DNA of 64,000 nt from an uncultured Verrucomicrobiae bacterium (GTDB taxonomy: Bacteria > Verrucomicrobiota > Verrucomicrobiia > Chthoniobacterales > JAFAMB01): assembly GCA_963837955.1 (NCBI GenBank), contig CAWIPH010000002.1, forward strand, positions 1,184,001-1,248,000, read 5' to 3'. Of this stretch, positions 1 to 10,389 are shown piece by piece. The notes under the pieces were generated by a model. It saw only the letters and a program-made list of their open reading frames with translations, was not told the origin of the DNA and ran no database searches. How positions within the stretch are numbered: position 1 is the stretch's first letter; every line of letters begins with the position of its first letter. A program made the position numbers and the translations under genes.

Positions 1-224
1 TCGTTGGTACGAAGGAAATCCGGCTGCCCGCCGGTCAGGCTTTAGTCATTAAGTATGAATCTGATTCGGAGCCTAATGCGGTCACCAACAAACGACTTCG
101 CTTGGAAAAAGAGGCGTACGCCTTCAACAAAAACGGAAAAACGGCAATTCTAACTCTTTGGGCGCCGATCGGTGCGGATAACGCAGATCAGTGGAAGCTC
201 ATGTCGCAGAGCTTTCGCTGGTAG
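1..224 (+). CDS. 3' part of a hypothetical (probably exported) protein preceding the ABC genes
   Basis: Open frame from position 3 (VGTKEIRLPAGQ...LWAPIGADNADQWKLMSQSFRW) to TAG at 222-224; truncated by the window edge. Confidence 0.7.
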   Translation, partial: VGTKEIRLPAGQALVIKYESDSEPNAVTNKRLRLEKEAYAFNKNGKTAILTLWAPIGADNADQWKLMSQSFRW

Positions 225-244
225 ACTACTGTTCTATAGCTCAA

Positions 245-919
245 ATGGCGACAGCAAGCATTCTAGAGGCGCGCGACCTGTATCGCTTCTTCCACGCCGA
301 TGACGAGGAAACGCTCGCGTTGCGTGGCGTCAACCTGAAGGCCGATGCCGGAGAAATGATTGCGATTGTTGGCCCGTCCGGTAGCGGGAAATCAACGTTA
401 TTGGCGTGCCTAGCCGGAACCGATGAACCGAATGGTGGTGAGGTTCGCATTCTCGGAGAGAGAATTACCCGCCGTTCCGAGCCGCATCGTGCAGACGTTC
501 GGGCTCGGAGCCTGGGATTCCTTTTGCAATCGGACAACCTCATCGAACATCTTAACGTCGAAGAAAACGTGCTTTTGCCGATGCGTTTGGCGCGCAAAGA
601 AAATAAGGCCCGACTCTGCGCGCTCCTCGACTCTTTGGGACTTAGCCATCATCGCCGGGCATATCCGGGACAGCTATCCGGGGGCGAGGCCGCACGGGCC
701 GGTTTGGCGGTAGCCCTGGCTGCTGCTCCCAAAGTTCTCCTGGCAGACGAACCAACCGGCGAGGTGGACGCGGTGACGGAGCGTTGGGTACTGGAACTCA
801 TGGAAAAGCACTGCCAAGAGGGTGGAGTGGTGATAGTGGCCACTCACAGTAGGGCGCTAGCCATGAAGGCACGCCGTATCGTCAGACTCGTCGATGGCAA
901 GGTGGTCGCAGATGAATGA
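245..919 (+). CDS. ABC transporter ATP-binding protein (LolD/MacB-like)
   Basis: Walker A GPSGSGKS, signature LSGGE, LLADEPTG, H-loop ATH; ATG at 245 follows the upstream stop. Confidence 0.92.
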   Translation: MATASILEARDLYRFFHADDEETLALRGVNLKADAGEMIAIVGPSGSGKSTLLACLAGTDEPNGGEVRILGERITRRSEPHRADVRARSLGFLLQSDNLIEHLNVEENVLLPMRLARKENKARLCALLDSLGLSHHRRAYPGQLSGGEAARAGLAVALAAAPKVLLADEPTGEVDAVTERWVLELMEKHCQEGGVVIVATHSRALAMKARRIVRLVDGKVVADE

Positions 920-1568
920 GGCACTCGTATCTCTGGATAACGTCAGTCGTCATTATGGAGATGGCCGGTTCAAGATAACCGCACTTACAAATGTATCCTG
1001 CCAAATAATGGCGAACGCCAATGTGGCGGTGGTAGGCCGTTCCGGCAGTGGGAAATCTACTCTGTTACATTTGATAGCGGGCTTGGATAAACCAACCAGC
1101 GGTTTGATCAGTTGGCCGGCGCTTGGCTCGGGGACAGAACTTCGGCCGGACCAAATCTGCGTGGTGTTTCAAACGGCGAGTTTGCTGCCGACTCTTACCG
1201 TGCTCGAGAACGTCGAAATTTGCTGGCTGCTATCAAGCAAGAACGAAGAGGAGGCCCGGCCCGCTGCGTTACGGATCCTCGAGAGGCTAGGTTTATCGAC
1301 GCTTGCTGGTAAGCTTCCAGGTGAACTTTCCGGAGGACAAGCGCAAAGGGTAGCGGTTGCTCGCGCTCTGGTCTGCCAGCCACGATTGATTCTGGCCGAC
1401 GAACCCACCGGTCAGCTCGACAGCGCTACTGCGGTGAAGCTGATTGAGGTGCTGGTTAACTCGATCACCGATTCCGGGGCTGCCTTGATCGTCGCGACTC
1501 ACGATCCGGCAGTAGCAGATCGGATGCAGACACAATGGCGCATGGCATACGGAAAACTTGAGTACTAA
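912..1568 (+). CDS. second ABC transporter ATP-binding protein (LolD/MacB-like)
   Basis: GRSGSGKS, LSGGQ, ILADEPTG; overlaps previous stop. Confidence 0.92.
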   Translation: MNEALVSLDNVSRHYGDGRFKITALTNVSCQIMANANVAVVGRSGSGKSTLLHLIAGLDKPTSGLISWPALGSGTELRPDQICVVFQTASLLPTLTVLENVEICWLLSSKNEEEARPAALRILERLGLSTLAGKLPGELSGGQAQRVAVARALVCQPRLILADEPTGQLDSATAVKLIEVLVNSITDSGAALIVATHDPAVADRMQTQWRMAYGKLEY

Positions 1569-4242
1569 AATCCGACTGATTCTTTCGTGGACGATTAGCC
1601 TGATCAAACGCCGGCCGACCAGGCTGGTCGGCACGATGATTGGTGTTGGTCTCGCTCTCGCTTTGCTGGCTTGTCTCGGATCCTTCGTCGATTCGAGCGT
1701 AAAAACGATGACAGGCCGGGCGGTTGCGGGTCTGTCGATTGACTGGCAGATCCAGCTCAATTCGCGCGCCGACGAAGAAACGGTGCGAGCGGTAATCCGA
1801 CAATCTGACCCTAACGCGGTGTTGGAGACCGTTGCGTATGCAGATGTAACCGGTTTGGTTGCCAAGACCGGTGAAACGGTGCAAACGACGGGTGCCGCCG
1901 TGGTGCTGGGTCTTTCCGCCAGCTACGGAAAGGCTTTCCCTAACGAGATCGCTTCGATGTTCGGCTCTGACCAGGGCGTCTTTGCGCTGCAACAAACGGC
2001 AGCTAACTTGCATGTCTCAATCGGTGACCTCGTGACGATTCAGCGTCCCGGAGGGTTGCCCCCGGTTGAAGTTAAGATCAATGGGATCATTAATTTGCCC
2101 GACGCGGGCGCAGTTTTTCAGAAGGTAGGCGCTCCTTCCGGAGCGAACCCACCAACTACCCCCGACAACGTGCTCGTGCTTCCGATCGAGATCTGGCGCT
2201 ACTTATTTTCCGAACAAATGGCGGTGCAGCCGGATTCTGCGCATGCCCAGGTTCACGTTCGTACCAGCCGAAGTAATCTACCGGCCAGTCCCGAGGCGGC
2301 ATATGCTTGGGAACTGCAACGAGCCCATCATTTGGAGTTAGGCATTGCTGGGCGCGGAGTGCTGGCCGACAACCTTGCTGGTAAGCTCGCGAGCGTGCGC
2401 GGTGATGCACTGTACGCTAAAGTGCTTTTTCTTTTTCTGGGTCTGCCCGGTCTAGTCGTAGCAACGCTATTGACGTTAGGCATAGCCGGATCTGGAGCAG
2501 TTCATCGCCGGCAGCAGCAAGCCTTGCTGCGAACCCGAGGCGCTTCGGTTGGAACGGTTTTGAATTTGGCATCGGCAGAAGCGGTGTTAGTCGGTCTTGG
2601 CGGTGGCGTTCTTGGAGCACTGCTTGCTTTCGCAGTCAGCAAGATTTTCAAACTAGTCTTGGGCATTTCCTTGACCGGCATGGTCGGCTGGCTGCTGGTT
2701 GCATTCTGTGTTGGTTTACTTTTGGCTCTAATTGCCGTGCTTCAGCCAACGTGGTACGAGGCCCGCCGTTCAACCGTAGCAGCGGCGCGAATCCTTTCGT
2801 TCTCCAAGACCACGCCCATATGGCGCCGAGCGTGGCTTGATGTCGTTTTGCTCGCGGTCGCTGCCATTGATCTCTGGTGGATGGCTAGCACGGGTTACCA
2901 ACTAGTCTTGGCTCCGGAGGGAGCGGCAAGTGTCTCCGTTCATTATGAGGCTTTTGCCGGCCCATTTTGTCTCTGGATCGGCATGATGCTCGGGACTCTG
3001 CGCTTATTCGGATTCATGTTAGAGCGCGGACTACCGCTCGCAGCAAAACTTCGTCTCCTCCCTTTTGTAGGAAAGCTCTCTCGAATCGTGGCTGTGTCTC
3101 TGGCCCGTCAACGGCGGGCTCTGTCCCGGGCAATGGCTCTGGTGGCTCTCGCGGTGTCCTTCGCCGTATCCACAGCGATATTTAATGCGACCTATCAAAC
3201 GCAATCCCGAATCGACGCACAGTTAACCAACGGCGGCGATGTCACGGTAAGCGGGATTCCTTCAGCTACAATGGCTTCTGAGCTCCTTTCTAAGCTGGAA
3301 AAATTACCAAATGTAATAGCGGCTCGAGCTATGCAACACGGGTACGCCTATGTCGGCAACGATCTCCAAGATATCTACGGAATCGATCCGAAAACTATCG
3401 GCGATGCAACCCAACTAGCGGATGCTTACTTCGCGGATGGCAGCGCTCGAGCAGCACTTAAGATGTTGGTGGATCAACCTGACGGTGTCCTTGTGTCCGA
3501 CGAAACCGTTAATGACTTTCAGCTCAACCGTGGTGATGAGTTGAACCTACGATTGAAGAGCGCGCGTGATAGTGGCGTTGTTCCTTTCCGCTTCGTTGGT
3601 GTCGTCCGCGAGTTTCCCACTGCACCGAAAGACTCATTTCTAGTTGTGAATAGCGATTATCTCGCATCTCACACCCAGTCTGCTTTGCCATGGACAATCT
3701 TAATTCGCGCCAACGGCGATCCGTCTCTGCTCGCGCAACAGGTAATCCGAGCAGTCGGACCGATTGCCGGGGTTAAGGTAAGCGACATAGACTCAGTTCA
3801 AAGACAGATCAGTTCCAGCTTATCAGCCATCGATCTGCGCGGGCTCACTTTACTCGAATTAAGTTTCGCCGTCGTTTTTGTTGTTGGTGCGACTGGACTG
3901 GCTCTATTCTTGAGTTTGGGCGAGAGAAGGCGTTCATTTGCCATTCTTAGCGCTCTTGGAGCGAAGCGACGGCATCTGGCGGCATTCATGTGGAGCGAAG
4001 CCGTCACGATTCTGCTCGGTGGCGGGCTGGTCGGCATTTTGCTTGGCTGGTTGGTTGCTTTCGCGTTGGTCAAGGTACTGGCCGGAGTGTTTGACCCGCC
4101 GCCCGAGGCTTTAACCGTTCCTTGGATTTACTTGCTGTTTCTATGTGCAGCGGCTATCACTCTCACGGCTGCCGGAGTCGCTTTTCATCTTCGAAAATTG
4201 CTAAGCGAATCAGTCGTCAGTGATCTGCGTTCGGGGGTGTGA
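1558..4242 (+). CDS. FtsX/MacB-type ABC permease with two periplasmic+TM modules
   Basis: 894 aa, two FtsX-like motifs (RRQQQALLRTRGA, ERRRSFAILSALGA), many TM segments; TTG start overlapping ATPase stop. Confidence 0.88.
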   Translation: MSTKIRLILSWTISLIKRRPTRLVGTMIGVGLALALLACLGSFVDSSVKTMTGRAVAGLSIDWQIQLNSRADEETVRAVIRQSDPNAVLETVAYADVTGLVAKTGETVQTTGAAVVLGLSASYGKAFPNEIASMFGSDQGVFALQQTAANLHVSIGDLVTIQRPGGLPPVEVKINGIINLPDAGAVFQKVGAPSGANPPTTPDNVLVLPIEIWRYLFSEQMAVQPDSAHAQVHVRTSRSNLPASPEAAYAWELQRAHHLELGIAGRGVLADNLAGKLASVRGDALYAKVLFLFLGLPGLVVATLLTLGIAGSGAVHRRQQQALLRTRGASVGTVLNLASAEAVLVGLGGGVLGALLAFAVSKIFKLVLGISLTGMVGWLLVAFCVGLLLALIAVLQPTWYEARRSTVAAARILSFSKTTPIWRRAWLDVVLLAVAAIDLWWMASTGYQLVLAPEGAASVSVHYEAFAGPFCLWIGMMLGTLRLFGFMLERGLPLAAKLRLLPFVGKLSRIVAVSLARQRRALSRAMALVALAVSFAVSTAIFNATYQTQSRIDAQLTNGGDVTVSGIPSATMASELLSKLEKLPNVIAARAMQHGYAYVGNDLQDIYGIDPKTIGDATQLADAYFADGSARAALKMLVDQPDGVLVSDETVNDFQLNRGDELNLRLKSARDSGVVPFRFVGVVREFPTAPKDSFLVVNSDYLASHTQSALPWTILIRANGDPSLLAQQVIRAVGPIAGVKVSDIDSVQRQISSSLSAIDLRGLTLLELSFAVVFVVGATGLALFLSLGERRRSFAILSALGAKRRHLAAFMWSEAVTILLGGGLVGILLGWLVAFALVKVLAGVFDPPPEALTVPWIYLLFLCAAAITLTAAGVAFHLRKLLSESVVSDLRSGV

Positions 4243-4306
4243 TGTGCTCTGAGTTATCGACTTCGAGGTTTCTAACTTAGTTTTCTCGGCGAAAACACCC
4301 TGGACG

Positions 4307-4525
4307 GGTAGGGCGAAACACAACGTCAAGCGACAGCGAGATAAGCTGTGTGAGCCGATTTCCGTGCAGCACGACAGGCAGTAGTTCTATCCACGTCGAG
4401 CGCCAGGTCCGCGCCGGCCGCTGGTTGCACGCAAACGGCTCACAGTCCCTCCCCAGTTTGGCTTTGAGTTAGGTGGAAGAACGGCCTTTTGGGGCCAAAC
4501 TGGAGAGAAACTGTATCGCCCTACC
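4307..4525. repeat. GTAG-tagged REPIN-like element (GGTAGGGCGAAAC family)
   Basis: GGTAGGGCGAAACA...TGTGAGCC...GGCTCACA...TGTATCGCCCTACC inverted ends; relatives at 11599, 15141, 24141, 44169. Confidence 0.8.
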
Positions 4526-4778
4526 AATCGCGGGCTCGGATCAACCTGTAGCGCCGCGGAACGCCGGAGCCGGTACGGGCAAGAAACGCCAGTAAGTGAC
4601 AGCGAGAGGAGGTGTTAGTTGTGATTAGTCTGCGAGACGCTGATTGTCGAAAAAGTTGTCCGCGGCACAACTTCTTCATGTTAGTTCAATACAGCAATTC
4701 TGCGATTGCTTGATGTGAAAGTTAGGAAATCAGTCAGTTGATCTGATCTTAGATCTATCGACGCAGTAACGAAGACGG

Positions 4779-4997
4779 TTAGTCATCATCATGCCACCGG
4801 TGCGAGTACTGTTCATGCTCCCAGTGCTCATGTCGCCAATGTTCGCGCCATTGATGCCGGCGCCAGGCCCAATAGTTCCAATACCCAGGATGGTATTCCA
4901 CCCAGCCAGGATCGCCACAGTCATCGGCTTTCGCTTGACTAGGTAACAACGGTAGCAGTCCGCAGACTGCACAGATAATTAACAGACAACGTTTCAT
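4779..4997 (-). CDS. small secreted His/Trp/Arg-rich protein (72 aa)
   Basis: MKRCLLIICAVCGLLPLLPSQAKA signal-peptide-like N-terminus, then DDCGDPGWVEYHPGYWNYWAWRRHQWREHWRHEHWEHEQYSHRWHDDD. Confidence 0.65.
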   Translation of the reverse strand: MKRCLLIICAVCGLLPLLPSQAKADDCGDPGWVEYHPGYWNYWAWRRHQWREHWRHEHWEHEQYSHRWHDDD

Positions 4998-5127
4998 TGT
5001 AGTAAATACGACTACCGATTGATGGACGTGAGCAGTCCAAGAGTTATTCAAGCTGGTGCGGGATCTATGCGCGGATGCAAGAGCCGTTGACTGACCTGTG
5101 TCGCCATGGCGTAGTGAAGGTGTTGTG

Positions 5128-5538
5128 TCGCTGTAGTCCGAGGGGAGCGGCGAGCAACCCATGACGGACGGAGGGGAGCCGCTTGCGGCTCCCGGGAGTT
5201 ACCCATGATCGAACTATACCCCCGGACCTTTGGCTCGGATTTCTCGGGATGTGTTGGATTGTTCCCGGGCGCCGCAAGCGGCGCCCCTCCGCGCGTGGCC
5301 ACGTTCTTTCGACTAAGGAGACGCTCTTGGCCCTACCGATCAGTGGTGTGCTCTCGCTGTAGTCCGAAGGGAGCGGCGAGCAACCCATGACGACGGAGGG
5401 GAGCCGCTTGCGGCTCCCGGGAGTTACCCACGATCGAACAATACCCCGGACCTTCGGCTCGGATTTCTCGGGGTGCGTTGGATTGTTCCCGGGCGCCGCA
5501 AGCGGCGCCCCTCCGCGCGTGGCCACGTTCTTTCGACT
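5128..5538. repeat. direct duplication (~186 bp x2), each copy containing a GGAG-tagged REPIN (5169-5291, 5394-5515)
   Basis: Copies 5128-5314 and 5354-5538 nearly identical; each has CGGAGGGGAGCCGCTTGCGGCTCCCGGGA ... TCCCGGGCGCCGCAAGCGGCGCCCCTCCG. Confidence 0.9.
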
Positions 5539-5596
5539 GAAGAGGCCGCCCTCGGCACTAGCGCGTTTGTGTTTTCGAAGATTCGGTCGCCCGATG

Positions 5597-5627
5597 TAAT
5601 CATTTGATTTATTCATTTGAATGAATA
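5597..5627. promoter_or_regulatory. putative TetR (CecR-like) operator
   Basis: AT-rich palindromes AATCA-TT-TGATT and TATTCAT-TTGA-ATGAATA immediately upstream of the TetR gene. Confidence 0.5.
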
Positions 5628-5636
5628 GGTTGAGGC

Positions 5637-6314
5637 GTGGAAGACCCCATTTCACTCCCAGATCAAGACCGCGATGCCAAACAACGGTTGATCGACGCTG
5701 GACTCGAAATTTTTGGCACTTACAATCTCGAAGGCGCCACCACCCGGCAGTTAGCCGAACATGCGGGTGTGAACCAAGCAGCCATTCCCTACTACTTCGG
5801 CGGGAAGGAAGGATTGTACCTTGCGGTTGTCCAGCATTGTTTCTCCAGCAACTTCGCAATCGTCGGTCCGGTGGTCTCCGCTTTTGAAAAAAGTCTGGCG
5901 GCGAAGAAGCTAGGCAAAGACGAAGCGTTGGCGATCCTCAAGAAATTGCTGGGTACAATGATGGAATTGGTACTGACCCGGAAAGCGAGCAGTACCTGGG
6001 CGCGCATTATCATGCGAGAGCAGATGCAGCCTACCCAGGCATTCAGCCAAATTTATGAAAAAGGAATTAGGCGAGTGCATGAGACGGTTTCGGCGTTGCT
6101 AGCCATCATCCTGGAAAAGAAACCTACCGACAGAAAGGTGGTGCTCCGCACGCACATGTTAGTGGGCCATGTCCTCATTTTTCTAGCTGGGCGAGAAACC
6201 ATTCGGCGGCGTCTTAATCTCACAGGCTATACCGACGAAGAGGTAAAGGAAATCAGGCAGGCGCTGGAGGAGCAGCTCGACCTTCTTCGGTTCGATTCGG
6301 AGGCAAGAAAATGA
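5637..6314 (+). CDS. cecR: TetR-family regulator, CecR/YbiH-like
   Basis: HTH ATTRQLAEHAGVNQAAIPYYFGGKEGLY; heads a ybhGFSR-like operon; GTG start. Confidence 0.8.
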   Translation: MEDPISLPDQDRDAKQRLIDAGLEIFGTYNLEGATTRQLAEHAGVNQAAIPYYFGGKEGLYLAVVQHCFSSNFAIVGPVVSAFEKSLAAKKLGKDEALAILKKLLGTMMELVLTRKASSTWARIIMREQMQPTQAFSQIYEKGIRRVHETVSALLAIILEKKPTDRKVVLRTHMLVGHVLIFLAGRETIRRRLNLTGYTDEEVKEIRQALEEQLDLLRFDSEARK

Positions 6315-7330
6315 GGCGTCGCATTTTCATCGTTATCGCGGCGGTAGTCGTATTGGCTGCTGCCGGCTGGATTACCTGGCAATTCGCTTTCTCTAAAAAA
6401 CATCAGGACTTGCAGATTTACGGTAACGTCGACATTCGCCAGGTGAACCTAGGTTTTCGGGTCGCCGGACGCATTGAAGCTATGCGGGTCGATGAAGGAG
6501 ACTCTGTCAAAGTTGGTGATCTGATTGGCTTGCTCGATGCCGGTCCCTATCAAGATCAGGTCAACGTTGCCCGTGCTCAGTTCGAGCAAACGCAGGCTAA
6601 CTACACAAAGATGGTAAATGGTCCGCGCAAAGAGGAAATCGACCAGGCTCGAGCTCAGCTTGAGCAAGCCAAAGCTAATCTGAAGAATGCCGAGCTGAGT
6701 TACCAAAGAGAAACTGATCTGAGGCGAAACAATGTGGTGTCCCAGCAAGAACTCGACAATGCGACTGCCCAACGAGACGCCTACAAAGCCCAAGTCGACT
6801 CTGGCGCAGCAAATCTTGCACTGCTGGTAGCGGGCAATCGGCCAGAGGATGTTGATGCCGCCCGCGCTCAAATGGAAAATGCCAAAGCGAACTTGGACAA
6901 CGCCGAAAGGAATCTAGCGGATTGCCGGCTGCTGGCGCCGTCCGATGGAGTCATCATTACCCGAGCGCTCGAGCCTGGCGCAATCGTGAGTGTTGGAGCC
7001 TCGGTGTATTCGCTGGCGCTGAACGAACCGATCTGGGTGCGGACCTACATCGACGAGCCTGACCTGGGCCGGATCTATCCAGGCATGAAGGCGCTCGTCT
7101 TCACCGACGCGAATCCGGGCAAACCTTACGATGGCCGAGTTGGCTTTGTGTCGCCGATCGCTGAGTTTACTCCGAAATCGGTGCAGACACGCGAGCTGCG
7201 CACCGATCTGGTATTTCGTCTACGGGTGGTCATCGATAAGCCGGATAAATATCTGCGCCAAGGGATGCCTGTAACTGTGCAACTGATTGATCAGGGCAAC
7301 AGCCATGAGCTCAGCTCCAGCCAGAATTAA
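6311..7330 (+). CDS. ybhG: HlyD-family membrane fusion protein (YbhG-like)
   Basis: N-terminal TM, YGNVDIRQVNLGFRVAG, coiled coil, AEFTPKSVQTRELRTDLVFRLRV. Confidence 0.85.
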   Translation: MRRRIFIVIAAVVVLAAAGWITWQFAFSKKHQDLQIYGNVDIRQVNLGFRVAGRIEAMRVDEGDSVKVGDLIGLLDAGPYQDQVNVARAQFEQTQANYTKMVNGPRKEEIDQARAQLEQAKANLKNAELSYQRETDLRRNNVVSQQELDNATAQRDAYKAQVDSGAANLALLVAGNRPEDVDAARAQMENAKANLDNAERNLADCRLLAPSDGVIITRALEPGAIVSVGASVYSLALNEPIWVRTYIDEPDLGRIYPGMKALVFTDANPGKPYDGRVGFVSPIAEFTPKSVQTRELRTDLVFRLRVVIDKPDKYLRQGMPVTVQLIDQGNSHELSSSQN

Positions 7331-9071
7331 GGGTAAACCGCTCGTCACGATCCGTGGTCTGGTCAAGCAATTCGGGAAAGATCGCCGGCCGGCTCTTGAT
7401 CATCTAGACGCGGAAATCTTCGCCGGAGAGATCACAGGGTTCGTTGGTCCTGATGGAGCGGGGAAAACTACTTTGATCCGCATGATTGCCGGTCTCCTAT
7501 TGCCTACCGATGGGAGAATCGAAGTGCTCGGTTTTGATCCTACTCGGGAGGCGGAGCAAATCCACGATCGATGCGGTTACATGCCTCAACGGTTCGGATT
7601 ATACGAAGACCTCAGTGTGATTCAGAACTTGAATCTTTATGCCGATCTGCACGGTGTTCTAGGTGAGGAACGGCAGAATACTTTTCAGAAGCTCCTTCAA
7701 TTTACAAACTTGAAACCGTTCACTGCCCGAAAGGCGGGTGCGCTTTCCGGAGGCATGAAACAGAAACTCGGGCTGGCCTGTGCCCTGTTAAGTACACCGC
7801 AGCTACTTCTACTGGACGAGCCTGGAGTTGGAGTTGATCCAATTTCGCGGCGAGAACTCTGGCAGATGGTTCAAGATCTCGTGAAAGAAGGGGTCGGTGT
7901 GATTTGGAGTACGGCCTACTTGGACGAGGCCGAGCTTTGCGCGGAAGTCATTCTGTTCAACGAAGGCAAGAAGCTGTTTGATGGACCGCCAAACGAACTC
8001 ACGAAGCGGGTCGCGTCGCGTACCTACACTCTGCCAGTGCGCGAGGGGCGTCGCCAGGTGCTGGCCCGGGCTTTGCAGCAGGAATCCGTTATCGATGGAG
8101 TCGTTCAAGGGCAAAGCGTCCGCCTGGTTCTCAAATCCGAACGAGATAGTACACAATTTCGGCCCGAGTCGATTGGTGCGGATCCGGCGGCCGAACTGCG
8201 CCCAGTGAATCCGCGTTTCGAAGACGCATTCATTGATGTTTTGGGCGGCGTTCCGAAAGGCGAATCAGCTGTGGCGAAGCTGTTGCAGCCGCTGCCGCGG
8301 GACGATCGACCCGTCATTGAGGCGAAGGAGTTGACCAAGCGGTTCGGCGATTTCGTCGCGACCGATCGGGTGAGTTTCTCCGTCCGGCGAGGAGAGATTT
8401 TCGGATTACTTGGGCCGAATGGAGCGGGCAAATCGACCACTTTTAAAATGCTCTGCGGCTTACTCCGGCCCAGCAGCGGCGAAGGGAAGATAGTGGGTTT
8501 CGATCTAAGCAGAGCGGCCAGCCAGGCTCGGAATCGGATTGGCTACATGGCCCAAAAGTTCTCTTTGTATGGCGATCTCAGTGCATCCCAAAACCTGGAA
8601 TTCTTCTCAGGTATTTATGGGCTGTCCGGCAGGCGCCAGCGAGAGGCGATCGATCGGATGACGGAAGTATTTGGGCTGCGCGAGTACCTTGGTCTTTCCG
8701 CCGGCCAGCTTCCACTGGGATATAAGCAACGATTGGCGATGGCCTGCTCGCTGATGCATGAGCCGGACGTCCTTTTTTTGGACGAGCCGACTTCGGGCGT
8801 CGATCCGATCACCCGACGTGAGTTCTGGAATCACATCAATGCGCTGGTGGAAAAAGGGCGCACGGTGATGGTGACCACTCACTTCATGGATGAGGCGGAA
8901 TACTGTGATCGCATTGCTCTAATCTATCGCGGGAAAATGATCGCTCATGGTCCGCCTGACGATCTGAAGCAGAGCGTTCGTTCCGATAAATTACCGGATC
9001 CAACCATGGAGGACACTTTCATCGAATTGATCAAGCGATTCGATGACGGAGGGAGAGAGAGGAGGGAGTAA
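7305..9071 (+). CDS. ybhF: ABC transporter with two ATPase domains (YbhF-like)
   Basis: Two Walker A (GPDGAGKT, GPNGAGKS), LSGGMKQK, LDEPTSGVDP. Confidence 0.88.
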   Translation: MSSAPARIKGKPLVTIRGLVKQFGKDRRPALDHLDAEIFAGEITGFVGPDGAGKTTLIRMIAGLLLPTDGRIEVLGFDPTREAEQIHDRCGYMPQRFGLYEDLSVIQNLNLYADLHGVLGEERQNTFQKLLQFTNLKPFTARKAGALSGGMKQKLGLACALLSTPQLLLLDEPGVGVDPISRRELWQMVQDLVKEGVGVIWSTAYLDEAELCAEVILFNEGKKLFDGPPNELTKRVASRTYTLPVREGRRQVLARALQQESVIDGVVQGQSVRLVLKSERDSTQFRPESIGADPAAELRPVNPRFEDAFIDVLGGVPKGESAVAKLLQPLPRDDRPVIEAKELTKRFGDFVATDRVSFSVRRGEIFGLLGPNGAGKSTTFKMLCGLLRPSSGEGKIVGFDLSRAASQARNRIGYMAQKFSLYGDLSASQNLEFFSGIYGLSGRRQREAIDRMTEVFGLREYLGLSAGQLPLGYKQRLAMACSLMHEPDVLFLDEPTSGVDPITRREFWNHINALVEKGRTVMVTTHFMDEAEYCDRIALIYRGKMIAHGPPDDLKQSVRSDKLPDPTMEDTFIELIKRFDDGGRERRE

Positions 9072-9081
9072 CCCCTGACAA

Positions 9082-9205
9082 CGGAGGGGAGCCGCTTGCG
9101 GCTCCCGGGAACAACCCATGATACAGCAAACACACCGATTCTCTTGGACTCGATTTCTCGGTAAACCTTGGAAGATGCCCGGGCGTCGCAAGCGACGCCC
9201 CTCCG
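9082..9205. repeat. GGAG-tagged REPIN between ybhF and ybhS
   Basis: CGGAGGGGGAGCCGCTTGCGGCTCCCGGG...CCCGGGCGTCGCAAGCGACGCCCCTCCG. Confidence 0.88.
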
Positions 9206-9246
9206 CATCGAGGGTTTGACTAGGTCTTTGTTCCGGTCAACAAGCC

Positions 9247-10389
9247 ATGACAAACCAAAAGTCACAAAAATTCAGCGCTCGTCGACTCTGGGCTTTGATC
9301 AGGAAAGAAACAATTCAGATCCTGACGGATCCGAGCAGTATTCTCGTTGCTTTCATTCTTCCTAGTTTACTTTTGTTCCTTTTCGGTAATGCCGTTTCGC
9401 TTGATTCCACGAAAATCAAAATCGGCTTTGCGATTGAAGACCGTAGCCCTGATACCGAGAGTCTCTTAGCGTCTTTTCGCGATTCGAAATACTTTATCGT
9501 GAAAGTGGGCTTTTCTCGCCGGGAACTGGAGCGAGATTTGGTTGCCGGCTCCATCCGAGGTTTGGTCGTTGTGCCGGCCGATTTTTCTCGAAAGCGACAA
9601 TGGGAAGCCGGTCAGCCACCAATTCAGATCATCTCCGACGGAAGCGAGCCGACGACGGCTAACTTTGTTCAGGAATATGGCCAGGGACTCGTCACGCTGT
9701 GGCTGCAACAGCGATCGCTTGAGAACGGCGTATCCATGTCTCCGACTATCGATGTAGAGAGCCGGATGTGGTTCAATCCGTCGCTGGAAAGCAAAAATTA
9801 TCTCGTCCCGGGATCCATTGCCATCATCATCACGATGATTGGTACCCTCCTGACTGCGATGGTGGTCGCCCGGGAATGGGAACGAGGAACGATGGAAGCC
9901 TTGATGGCGACGCCGGTTCGTATTCAGGAAATCGTGCTCGGAAAATTGATCCCCTATTTTGGGCTCGGCATGGGATCAATGTCATTTTGTACTTTGGTTT
10001 CGATCTTCATTTTCCAAACTCCGTTTCGCGGTTCTTTGCTCTCGCTTTTTTTATTTTCCTCGTTGTTCCTTTTTACCTGCTTAGGTATCGGGCTTTTGGT
10101 ATCGACGCTGGCCAAGAGCCAGTTTGTAGCCGGAATGTTTTCGATGATTCTGGGTTTTCTCCCGGCTCTGCAGCTCTCCGGTTACATCTTCGAGATCTCG
10201 AGCATGCCGAAGATTATCCAAGGACTCACCTACGTGTTTCCGGCGCGATATTTTGTCCAGGGTTTGCAGTCGATCTTTCTGGCGGGAGACGTCATGCCGA
10301 TCTTGCTGTCTAACGGAATTATCCTGGCCGGTTTCTGTGTGGTGATTTTCCTCTTGAACGCGCGACTGACTCGAAAACGACTCGCTTGA
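9247..10389 (+). CDS. ybhS: ABC-2 type permease (YbhS-like)
   Basis: RRLWALIRKE, WFNPSLES, AREWERGTMEAL, multiple TM. Confidence 0.85.
   Translation: MTNQKSQKFSARRLWALIRKETIQILTDPSSILVAFILPSLLLFLFGNAVSLDSTKIKIGFAIEDRSPDTESLLASFRDSKYFIVKVGFSRRELERDLVAGSIRGLVVVPADFSRKRQWEAGQPPIQIISDGSEPTTANFVQEYGQGLVTLWLQQRSLENGVSMSPTIDVESRMWFNPSLESKNYLVPGSIAIIITMIGTLLTAMVVAREWERGTMEALMATPVRIQEIVLGKLIPYFGLGMGSMSFCTLVSIFIFQTPFRGSLLSLFLFSSLFLFTCLGIGLLVSTLAKSQFVAGMFSMILGFLPALQLSGYIFEISSMPKIIQGLTYVFPARYFVQGLQSIFLAGDVMPILLSNGIILAGFCVVIFLLNARLTRKRLA

Noticed and set aside
5048..5599. Several short ORFs with duplicated peptides
   Set aside because: Products of the duplicated REPIN; no coding features
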